DNA of 64,000 nucleotides from Eledone cirrhosa (taxonomy: Eukaryota): positions 153,016,001 through 153,080,000 of the forward strand of contig OZ024741.1 of the NCBI GenBank assembly GCA_964016885.1, given 5' to 3'. How positions within the stretch are numbered: position 1 is the stretch's first letter; each line of letters opens with the position of its first letter. This document shows positions 53,355 through 64,000 of the stretch, piece after piece. The notes beneath the pieces are model-generated. The model did no database searches and was not told the DNA's origin. It worked only from the letters and a program-made list of their open reading frames with translations. A program made the translations under genes and the position numbers.

Positions 53355-54830
53355 ATAACTTTGATAACATTGATAGGTTTCGGCCAGTATTGGCCCAGGC
53401 CATGTCTAACTTAATAGCACCACCTGGCGAAGTCTTATAAATTAGTGTTTGAGCATCATGGCCCACTCGAGCAGAGAGTTATTGTTTAGGGAGGCATATC
53501 CGGGTGTAGGAGGCTTATCCGGGATTTCTTGAAGGAATTTATCCAAAGACTTCTTGAACTTGATGGGGTCTGTCTCTGCTTTGGTGTGTTTTGGTGTAAT
53601 GTTAAAGAGTGCAGGGCCAATTGAGGTGAAATAATTATGCCGTATTGTTGTTATGAGATGCGAGTGAGATTTTTGTCGTGGGCCTTGGGTGTACATTAAA
53701 GGTGATGCCAACATCATTTGGGCAAAGCTGATGGAATATTTTCCACATCATGCAGATAATGTAGCGCTCACGGCGACGTTGGAGAGAATAAAGATTGAGC
53801 TTTTCTAATCGACTCTAATAGTCAAGGCCTGTCATGCCATCTATCTTTTTTGTAATTGACCTTTGGGGTGCTTCAACTTTTATGATACTTTGTTTCGTGT
53901 GGGGTGACCACAGTGGACAACAGTATTCAAGGTGGGGTCGGTCAAAAGTGGAGAAGAGAAGGATAACAGTGTCCACAATTACTCCAGGTCTCTGATGTTA
54001 TTGGAAGCCACCAGAGTTTCACCCGAAGGAAGAGAGTATGGTAGTTTCAGGGCATCCTTTTTTCCAAAGTGGATTAATTCAAACTTATCCTCATTCAACA
54101 GCATATTATTCTTTTCTACCCATTGGATAACAGCCAGTAGGTCTGACTGAAGGCAAGTCCGGTCACCCATCTCATTGATGACCCTTTGGAGCTTGGAATC
54201 ATCTGCGAAGATTCTTATGTTGCTGTGCTTGATGATGTCAGTAATGTCATTAATGTAGATGATGAAAAGAAGTGGACCCAACACAGTGCCTTGTGAGACG
54301 CCACTGCAGACTTTGGCGGGCTTGATTCTACTCCTTCGACTACAACATGCTGGGTTCTGCCTGTCAGGAAACATTTGTTCCACTGTAGTAACCTTCCAGA
54401 GACACCAACATTGGATAGTTTTTTCAGTAGTATCAAGGTAGATGACATCAGTGTTGGAGCCCTCTCCTAAGGCTCTCAAAACATCGTCAAAGTGATGCAG
54501 GAGCTGCGTTAGGCAGTCCTTTCCATTACAGAACCCATGTTGGTTGGAGTTCAGCAGGCCGTTGCTTTCAAGAAAGTGGGTTATTCGTGATCTCACTACC
54601 TTCTTAAATACCTTGATAATATGAGAGGTGAGTGGGATCGGACGGTAGTTCACTGCAAGGGATTTATTTCCCTTTTTGAAGACTGGGACAACGGACTGGG
54701 ACAGAAAGTTTTCAGGAATATAGCCAGTGTCCAGTGAGTTCCTCCAAAGATTAGTAAGAGGAGATGCAAGTTGGTGTCGACACAGGGAACCTGTCGGGAT
54801 CTGCTGCTGAATTGTGTTTAATTTTGTTTA
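53355..54830 (-). mobile_element. CR1/L2-group LINE, 5'-truncated and decayed
   Basis: NYRPIPLTS, NQHGF, SGVSQGTVLGPLLF, IFADD, LYSLQRRRERY, GPALFN; 3' tail of TATCAA(A/T)GT repeats. Confidence 0.9.
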
Positions 54831-55402
54831 TTGCCGCTAAGACATCAAGGGCGCCAAACGTTATGTCTGATATAGTGTGTTGGGGATGTATATAAGCGAG
54901 TTTGAAAATAGAAATAGAAGCTTTCGCCGTATTTTTGATTAAAGAAATTTAGCCTAATAAATGGAAAAATGATGAGTATTGACGTATATATATATATATG
55001 CAGTTTAATTATTACTATATATATATATACACATATAACGTTGATTTAAAAATATATGTATGTATTAGAAGCGAATGTCTACAGAAGTGCAGCTTGAAAT
55101 GTAGAAACGATGGACGAATATCTTTGTTGAAATAGATCAAAAGATGACGAATGAGATGAAAAGTGTAAACGTGTTGCATCATCGTTGCTATGGTAACAGC
55201 AGTGGCTAAGCAATTATCTCACTGACCATTGCAGCTACTACTACTAATGTTGATAGACACAAATACATACATATATACATACATACTTACATACACACAC
55301 ACACATACATACTTACATACACACACACACACACATACATACATACATACATACATACATACATACATACAAATATATATATGTGTTATAAGTAGGTCCC
55401 GA

Positions 55403-55591
55403 GTTGAGTTGGAGGTAACCAGAGTAAATAAGGTATTCAATGCATGTGTAGAGTGAAGACAGAAGTTTATATGAAAAGGGCTTCTACGGGACAAATACTG
55501 TGTTTCATTCGTATGAAATCATCAGGAATCCTAATGATTTCATACGAATGAAACAGTACTAGTCCTGTTGAAGCCTTTTCTATATAAACTT
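55403..55591. mobile_element. Family-B fold-back with back-to-back hammerhead cores
   Basis: ..TTTCATTCGTATGAAATCATCAGGA-A-TCCTAATGATTTCATACGAATGAAACAG..; palindrome 55462-55591. Confidence 0.8.
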
Positions 55592-55595
55592 TATA

Positions 55596-55961
55596 TATGA
55601 AAAGATTCAGGACCCCGACGGCTGAGCAGCGGCCGTTTCAACAGCTAGATCCGGATCTTGCTGTCGAATCGGCCGGAGCTCAGCCGTCGGGGTCCTGAAT
55701 CGTTTCATATTACCCACTCTACTACCCCCAAAGTATCGAGTACTCTGGTAGGTTATGGTCCACCTGGTTTTTTACCACAGCCTATCTGATATATATATAT
55801 ATATATATAAAACGAACGAAGTGTGGTAAGGAACCAGGTGGACCATAACGCACCAGATTACTCAATACATAGGGTAGTAGAGTACTCAATACTTAGGGTA
55901 GTAGGTCCAGAAATAGCCGTCGAAACGGCTCGAGCTCTGCCGTCAGGGTCTTGAACTTTTC

Positions 55962-55965
<4 letters not shown>
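55596..55965. mobile_element. Family-A fold-back (55596-55710) with tail, plus a second rearranged copy (55810-55965)
   Basis: Inverted GATTCAGGACCCCGACGGCTGAGC / GCTCAGCCGTCGGGGTCCTGAATC, and the shared ..GAGTACTCTGGT..TTATGGTCCACCTGGTT tail. Confidence 0.8.
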
Positions 55966-56002
<37 letters not shown>

Positions 56003-56924
56003 ACGAAGACCATCGTATGCCCTAACCGGAAATTAAACACACCCAGAAAATCAAAGGCAACCCCACATCCCATACACCCCATAAACAGTCTTTACCAATA
56101 GTGTTCTTTCCATATCATCCCTATTTCTCGTCAAACTAACCACTGGCCCGCACCAATCTCTGAGAAGGGGAAGATAGACGTTCTTAAGCTGCGGTCGTCA
56201 TATCACGTAGCTTTTGTAACATAAAAATCGTTATTCAACATTAGTACATACATTTATGTGCATATGTTAGATCATTACTTTAGCTTTTAATAGCTGTGAA
56301 TATAATCGGACTTCTGTCATCATGACAGTATCGCTAACGGGGGAGGGGCGCTGATTGATATTTTTGCATGGATGGTCAGTGTATGGTAGTAAAGGATGTG
56401 TTGGGGATTGGATAGTGCCAGTACGTTGGTGTTGACATGACTGTTTCAGAGTATTGTTGGTGTTGTTGCTGTTGTATTTATTACTGCTACTACTGTTCTT
56501 ATTAAAGCTCACATCTGCGTATAATTAGCTAAGCCAGGATACAACTCATGTGGGATTTCTTGAATGCTTTTTACTCTTTCGCATCCGTATTTCCAATGAC
56601 ACACATTATTTCAATTAATTAATGAAGAACTTAAAGGAATTTAACAAGATTATTAATTACTTCATTACCAATATAGTAAGGTGGTCAATTTGGTAAGGCC
56701 GTTAGGGTGTTCTTTGTTCAAATCCCACCGAGATGATTGGTATCAAAATTATTAATGATAGGGGACCCAGTCTTATCAACTTTACATCTTTTTCATGAGA
56801 GGAGACGAGATTTAAACTGAGAAAGTACAGAGCTGGAATTGTCTGCATTGGTGTGGACAATATTGTCCAGTGTAATGATTGCTTTTGGCTTAAACCACAG
56901 GTAAGTTGTAATTCAGCTGACCTA

Positions 56925-59900
56925 TAGAGGGTGTATCAGTGTAGTGGTGGTTGTTATAGAGGGTGGGTCAGTGTAGTGGTGGTGGTTAAGAGTGTGTATC
57001 AGTGTAGTGGTGGTGGTTATAGAGGGTGTGTCAGTGTAGTGGTGGTGGTTATAGAGGGTGTATCAGTGTAGTGGTGGTGGTTATAGAGGGTGTGTCAGTG
57101 TAGTGGTGGTGGTTATAGAGGGTGTATCAGTGTAGTGGTGGTGGTTATAGAGGGTGTATCAGTGTAGTGGTGGTGGTTATAGAGGGTGGGTCAGTGTAGT
57201 GGTGGTGGTTATAGAGGGTGGGTCAGTGTAGTGGTGGTGGTTATAGAGGGTGTGACAGTGTAGTGGTGGTGGTGGTTATAGAGGGTGTGTCAGTGTAGTG
57301 GTGGTGGTTATAGAGGGTGTATCAGTGTACTGGTGGTGGTTATAGAGGGTGTGTCAGTGTAGTGGTGGTGGTTATAGAGGGTGTGTCAGTGTAGTGGTGG
57401 TGGTTATAGAGGGTGTGTCAGTGTAGTGGTGGTGGTTATAGAGGGTGTGTCAGTGTAGTGGTGGTGGTTATAGAGGGTGTGTCACTGTAGTGGTGGTGGT
57501 TATAGAGGGTGTGTCAGTGTATTGGTGGTGGTTATAGAGGGTGTGTCAGTGTAGTGGTGGTGGTTATAGAGAGTGTGTCAGTGTAGTGGTGGTGGTTATA
57601 GAGGGTGTGTCAGTGTAGTGGTGGTGGTTATAGAGGGTGTGTCAGTGTAGTGGTGGTGGTTATAGAGGGTGTATCAGTGTAGTGGTGGTGGTTATAGAGG
57701 GTGTGTAAGTGTATTGGTGGTGGTTATAGAGGGTGGGTCAGTGTAGTGGTGGTGGTTATAGAGGGTGTGTCAGTGTAGTGGAGGTGGTAATAGTGGGGGT
57801 ATCAGTGTAGTGGTGGTGGTTATAGAGGGTGTATCAGTGTAGTGGTGGTGGTTATAGAGGGTGTGTCAGTGTAGTGGTGGTGGTTATAGAGGGTGTGTCA
57901 GTGTAGTGGTGGTGGTTATAGAAGGTGTGTCAGTGTAGTGGTGGTGGTTATAGAGGGTGTGTCAGTGTAGTGGTGGTGGTTATAGAAGGTGTGTCAGTGT
58001 ATTGGTGGTGGTTATAGAGGGTGTATCAGTGTAGTGGTGGTGGTTATAGAGGGTGTATCAGTGTAGTGGTGGTGGTTATAGAGGGTGTGTCAGTGTAGTG
58101 GTGGTGGTTATAGAAGGTGTGTCAGTGTATTGGTGGTGGTTATAGAGGGTGTATCAGTGTAGTGGTGGTGGTTATAGAGGGTGTTTCAGTGTAGTGGTGG
58201 TGGTTATAGAGGGTGTGTCAGTGTAGTGGTGGTGGTTATAGAAGGTGTGTCAGTGTATTGGTGGTGGTTATAGAGGGTGTATCAGTGTAGTGGTGGTGGT
58301 TATAGAGGGTGTATCAGTGTAGTGGTGGTGGTTATAGAGGGTGTGTCAGTGTAGTGGTGGTGGTTATAGAGGGTGTTTCAGTGTAGTGGTGGTGGTTATA
58401 GAGGGTGTGTCAGTGTAGTGGTGGTGGTTATAGAGGGTGTGTCAGTGTAGTGGTGGTGGTGGTTATAAAGGGTGTGTCAGTGTAGTGGTGGTGGTTAGAG
58501 AGGGTGTGTCAGTGTAGTGGTGGTGGTTATAGAGGGTGTGTCAGTGTAGTGGTGGTGGTTATAGAGGGTGTGTCAGTGTAGTGGTGGTGGTTATAGAGGG
58601 TGTGTCAGTGTATTGGTGGTGGTTATAGAGGGTGTGTCAGTGTAGTGGGGGTGGTGGTTATAAAGGGTGTGTCAGTGTAGTGGTGGTGGTTATAGAGGGT
58701 GTGTCAGTGTATTGGTGGTGGTTATAGAGGGTGTGTCAGTGTAGTGGTCGTGGTTATAGAGGGTGTGTCAGTGTAGTGGGGGTGGTGGTTATAAAGGGTG
58801 TGTCAGTGTAGTGGTGGTGGTTAGAGAGGGTGTGTCAGTGTAGTGGTGGTGGTTATAGAGGGTGTGTCAGTGTAGTGGTGGTGGTTATAGAGGGTGTGTC
58901 AGTGTATTGGTGGTGGTTATAGAGGGTGTGTCAGTGTAGTGGTCGTGGTTATAGAGGGTGTGTCAGTGTAGTTGGGGTGGTGGTTATAAAGGGTGTGTCA
59001 GTGTAGTGTAGGTGGTTATAGAGGGTGTATCAGTGTAGTGGTGGTGGTTATAGAGGGTGTGTCAGTGTAGTGGTGGTGGTTATAGAGGGTGTGTCAGTGT
59101 AGTGGTGGTGGTTATAGAGGGTGTATCAGTGTAGTGGTGGTGGTTATAGAGGGTGTATCAGTGTAGTGGTGGTGGTTATAGAGGGTGTTTCAGTGTAGTG
59201 GTGCTGGTTATAGAGGGTGGGTCAGTGTAGTGGTGGTGGTTATAGAGGGTGTGTCAGTGTAGTGGTGGTGGTGGTTATAGAGGGTGTGTCAGTGTAGTGG
59301 TGGTGGTTATAGAGGGTGTATCAGTGTAGTGGTGGTGGTTATAGAGGGTGTATCAGTGTAGTGGTGGTGGTTATAGAGGGTGTGTCAGTGTAGTGGTGGT
59401 GGTTATAGAGGGTGTGGCAGTGTAGTGGTGGTGGTTATAGAGGGTGTTTCAGTGTAGTGGTGGTGGTTATAGAGGGTGTGTCAGTGTAGTGGTGGTGGTT
59501 ATAGAGGGTGTGTCAGTGTAGTGGTGGTGGTTATAGAAAGTGTGTAAGTGTATTGGTGGTGGTTATAGAGGGTGGGTCAGTGTAGTGGTGGTGGTGGTTA
59601 TAGAGGGTGTGTCAGTGTAGTGTAGGTGGTTATAGAGGGTGTATCAGTGTAGTGGTGGTGGTTATAGAGGGTGTGTCAGTGTAGTGGTGGTGGTTATAGA
59701 GGGTGTATCAGTGTAGTGGTGGTGGTTATAGAGGGTGTGTCAGTGTAGTGGTGGTGGTTATAGAGGGTGTATCAGTGTAGTGGTGGTAGTTATAGAGGGT
59801 GTGTCAGTGTAGTGGTGGTGGTTATAGAGGGTGTGTCAGTGTAGTGGTGGTGGTTATAGAGGGTGTATCAGTGTAGTGGTGGTGGTTATAGAGGGTGTGT

Positions 59901-62900
59901 CAGTGTAGTGGTGGTAGTTATAGAGAGTGTGTCAGTGTAGTGGTGGTGGTTATAGCGGGTGGGTCAGTGTAGTGGTGGTGGTTATAGAGGGTGTGTCAGT
60001 GTAGTGGTGGTGGTTATAGAGGGTGTATCAGTGTAGTGGTGGTGGTTATAGAGGGTGGGTGAGTGTAGTGGTGGTGGTTATAGAGGGTGTGTCATTGTAG
60101 TGGTGGTGGTTATAGAGGGTGTGTTAGTGTAGTGGTGGTGGTTATAGAGGGTGTATCAGTGTAGTGGTGGTGGTTATAGAGGGTGTGTCACTGTAGTGGT
60201 GGTGGTTATAGAGGGTGTGTCAGTGTATTGGTGGTGGTTATAGAGGGTGTGTCAGTGTAGTGGTGGTGGTTATAGAGTGTGTGTCAGTGTAGTGGTGGTG
60301 GTGGTTATAAAGGGTGTGTCAGTGTAGTGGTGGTGGTTAGAGAGGGTGGGTCAGTGTAGTGGTGGTGGTTATAGAGGGTGTGTCAGTGTAGTGGAGGTGG
60401 TTATAGTGGGGGTATCAGTGTAGTGGTGGTGGTTATAGAGTGTGTGTCAGTGTAGTGGTGTTGGTTATAGAGGGTGTGTCAGTGTAGTGGTGGTGGTTAT
60501 AGAGGGTGTTTCAGTGTAGTGGTGGTGGTTATAGAGGGTGTGTCAGTGTAGTGGTGGTAGTTATAGAGGGTGTGTCAGTGTAGTGGTGGTAGTTATAGAG
60601 AGTGTGTCAGTGTAGTGGTGGTGGTTATAGAGGGTGGGTCAGTGTAGTGGTGGTGGTTATAGAGGGTGTGTCAGTGTAGTGGTGGTGGTTATAGAGGGTG
60701 TATCAGTGTAGTGGTGGTGGTTATAGAGGGTGTGTCAGTGTAGTGTGGTGGTTATAGAGGGTGTGTCAGTTTAGTGGTGGTGGTTATAGAGGGTGTATCA
60801 GTGTAGTGGTGGTGGTTATAGAGGGTGTATCAGTGTAGTGGTGGTGGTTATAGAGGGTGTGTCAGTGTAGTGGTGGTGGTTATAGAGGGTGTTTCAGTGT
60901 AGTGGTGGTGGTTATAAAGGGTGTGTCAGTGTAGTGGTGGTGGTTATAGAGGGTGTATCAGTGTAGTGGTGGTGGTTATAGAGGGTGTGTCAGTGTAGTG
61001 GTGGTGGTTATAGAGGGTGTGTCAGTGTAGTGGTGGTGGTTATAGAAGGTGTGTCAGTGTAGTGGTGGTGGTTATAGAGGGTGTGTCAGTGTATTGGTGG
61101 TGGTTATAGAGGGTGTGTCAGTGTAGTGGTGGTGGTTATAGAGGGTGTTTCAGTGTAGTGGTGGTGGTTATAGAGGGTGTGTCAGTGTAGTGGTGGTGGT
61201 GGTTATAAAGGGTGTGTCAGTGTAGTGGTGGTGGTTAGAGAGGGTGTGTCAGTGTAGTGGTGGTGGTTATAGAGGGTGTGTCAGTGTAGTGGTGGTGGTT
61301 ATAGAGGGTGTGTCAGTGTAGTGGTGGTGGTTATAGAGGGTGTGTCAGTGTAGTGGTGGTGGTTATAGAGGGTGTTTCAGTGTAGTGGTGGTGGTTATAG
61401 AGGGTGTGTCAGTGTAGTGGTGGTGGTGGTTATAAAGGGTGTGTCAGTGTAGTGGTGGTGGTTAGAGAGGGTGTGTCAGTGTAGTGGTGGTGGTTATAGA
61501 GGGTGTGTCAGTGTAGTGGTGGTGGTTATAGAGGGTGTGTCAGTGTAGTGGTGGTGGTTATAGAGGGTGTGTCAGTGTAGTGGTGGTGGTTATAGAGGGT
61601 GTGTCAGTGTATTGGTGGTGGTTATAGAGGGTGTGTCAGTGTAGTGGTGGTGGTTATAGAGGGTGTGTCAGTGTAGTGGTGGTGGTGGTTATAAAGGGTG
61701 TGTCAGTGTAGTGGTGGTGGTTAGAGAGGGTGTGTCAGTGTAGTGGTGGTGCTTATAGAGGGTGTGTCAGTGTAGTGGTGGTGGTTATAGAGGGTGTATC
61801 AGTGTAGTGGTGGTGGTTATAGAGGGTGTATCAGTGTAGTGGTGGTGGTTATAGAGGGTGTTTCAGTGTAGTGGTGGTGGTTATAGAGGGTGGGTCAGTG
61901 TAGTGGTGGTGGTTTTAGAGGGTGTGTCAGTGTAGTGGTGGTGGTGGTTATAGAGGGTGTGTCAGTGTAGTGGTGGTGGTTATAGAGGGTGTATCAGTGT
62001 AGTGGTGGTGGTTATAGAGGGTGTATCAGTGTAGTGGTGGTGGTTATAGAGGGTGTGTCAGTGTAGTGGTGGTGGTTATAGAGGGTGTTTCAGTGTAGTG
62101 GTGGTGGTTATAGAGGGTGTGTCAGTGTAGTGGTGGTGGTTATAGAGGGTGTGTCAGTGTAGTGGTGGTGGTTATAGAGGGTGTGTCAGTGTAGTGGTGG
62201 TGGTTATAGAAGGTGTGTAAGTGTAGTGGTGGTGGTTATAGAGAGTGTGTCAGTGTAGTGGTGGTGGTTATAGAGGGTGTATCAGTGTAGTGGTGGTGGT
62301 TATAGAGGGTGTATCAGTGTAGTGGTGGTGGTTATAGAGGGTGTGTCAGTGTAGTGGTGGTAGTTATAGAGAGTGTGTCAGTGTAGTGGTGGTGGTTATA
62401 GAGGGTGGGTCAGTGTAGTGGTGGTGGTTATAGAGGGTGTGTCAGTGTAGTGGTGGTGGTTATAGAGGGTGTATCAGTGTAGTGGTGGTGGTTATAGAGG
62501 GTGGGTCAGTGTAGTGGTGGTGGTTATAGAGGGTGGGTCAGTGTAGTGGTGGTGGTTATAGAGGGTGTGTCAGTGTAGTGGTGGTGGTTATAGAGGGTGT
62601 GTCAGTGTAGTGGTGGTAGTTATAGAGAGTGTGTCAGTGTAGTGGTGGTGGTTATAGAGGGTGGGTCAGTGTAGTGGTGGTGGTTATAGAGGGTGTGTCA
62701 GTGTAGTGGTGGTGGTTATAGAGGGTGTATCAGTGTAGTGGTGGTGGTTATAGAGGGTGTATCAGTGTATTGGTGGTGGTTATAGAGGGTGTGTCAGTGT
62801 AGTGGTGGTGGTTATAGAGATGTGTCATTTTAGTGGTGGTGGTTATAGAGGGTGTGTTAGTGTAGTGGTGGTGGTTATAGAGGGTGTATCAGTGTAGTGG

Positions 62901-64000
62901 TGGTGGTTATAGAGGGTGTGTCACTGTAGTGGTGGTGGTTATAGAGGGTGTGTCAGTGTATGGTGGTGGTTATAGAGGGTGTGTTAGTGTAGTGGTGGTG
63001 GTTATAGAGGGTGTATCAGTGTAGTGGTGGTGGTTATAGCAGGTGTGTCACTGTAGTGGTGGTGGTTATAGAGGGTGTGTCAGTGTATTGGTGGTGGTTA
63101 TAGAGGGTGTGTCAGTGTAGTGGTGGTGGTGGTTATAAAGGGTGTGTCAGTGTAGTGGTGGTGGTTAGAGAGGGTGTGTCAGTGTAGTGGTGGTGGTTAT
63201 AGAGGGTGTGTCAGTGTAGTGGTGGTGGTTATAGAGGGTGTATCAGTGTAGTGGTGGTGGTTATATAGGGTGTGTCAGTGTAGTGGTGGTGGTTATAGAG
63301 GGTGTGTCAGTGTAGTGGTGGTGGTTATAGAGGGTGTGACAGTGTAGTGGTGGTGGTGGTTATAGAGGGTGTGTCAGTGTAGTGGTGGTGGTTATAGAGG
63401 GTGTATCAGTGTAGTGGTGGTGGTTATAGAGGGTGTATCAGTGTAGTGGTGGTGGTTATAGAGGGTGTGTCAGTGTAGTGGTGGTGGTTATAGAGGGTGT
63501 TTCAGTGTAGTGGTGGTGGTTATAGAGGGTGTGTCAGTGTAGTGGTGGTGGTTATAGAGGGTGTGTCAGTGTAGTGGTGGTGGTTATAGAGGGTGTGTCA
63601 GTGTAGTGGTGGTGGTTATAGAGGGTGTTTCAGTGTAGTGGTGGTGGTTATAGAGGGTGTTTCAGTGTAGTGGTGGTGGTTATAGAGGTTGAATCAGTGT
63701 AGTGGTGGTGGTTATAGAGGGTGTGTCAGTGTAGTGGTGGTGGTGGTTATAAAGGGTGTGTCAGTGTAGTGGTGGTGGTTATAGAGGGTGTGTCAGTGTA
63801 GTGGTGGTGGTTATAGAGGGTGTGTCAGTGTAGTGGTGGTGGTTATAGAGGGTGTGTCAGTGTAGTGGTGGTGGTTATAGAGGGTGTGTCAGTGTAGTGG
63901 TGGTGGTTATAGAGGGTGTGTCAGTGTATTGGTGGTGGTTATAGAGGGTGTGTCAGTGTAGTGGTGGTGGTTATAGAGGGTGTGTCAGTGTAGTGGTGGT
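56925..64000. repeat. 32-bp satellite array over 7 kb long, running off the window end
   Basis: Unit GTGTAGTGGTGGTGGTTATAGAGGGTGT(G/A)TCA, roughly 220 copies, with occasional +GGT variants. Confidence 0.98.

Noticed and set aside
56925-64000. Telomeric repeat
   Set aside because: The unit is 32 bp and there is no TTAGGG array; chromosomal position cannot be inferred.

Overview
Repeat-dense, AT-rich eukaryotic DNA with no convincing host protein-coding gene. The tRNA-headed SINE family and the microsatellite load suggest a cephalopod (octopus-like) genome; this is an inference. Large elements: a Helitron remnant with a spliced N-terminal ORF and a canonical hairpin-CTAG end (~0.9-1.9 kb); a 5.2-kb head-to-head palindrome of two Penelope-like (RT + GIY-YIG) copies (2.8-8.0 kb); a near full-length decayed Tx1/L1-type LINE (28.2-33.9 kb); fragments of R4-, CRE-, RTE- and CR1-group LINEs; two MITEs; many SINEs; a 29-33-bp minisatellite; and a 32-bp satellite over 7 kb long that runs off the window end. 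The most interesting signal is a window-wide set of short elements in or beside (TA)n tracts. Most are fold-back palindromes carrying type-I hammerhead ribozyme motifs from several unrelated families, and the fold-back axis often lies a few bases 5' of the CUGANGA core. They look like miniature versions of the large Penelope palindrome or retrozyme-like non-autonomous elements. One ~0.55-kb terminally redundant unit also carries a complete hammerhead. All family assignments come from motif recognition by eye; no searches were run.
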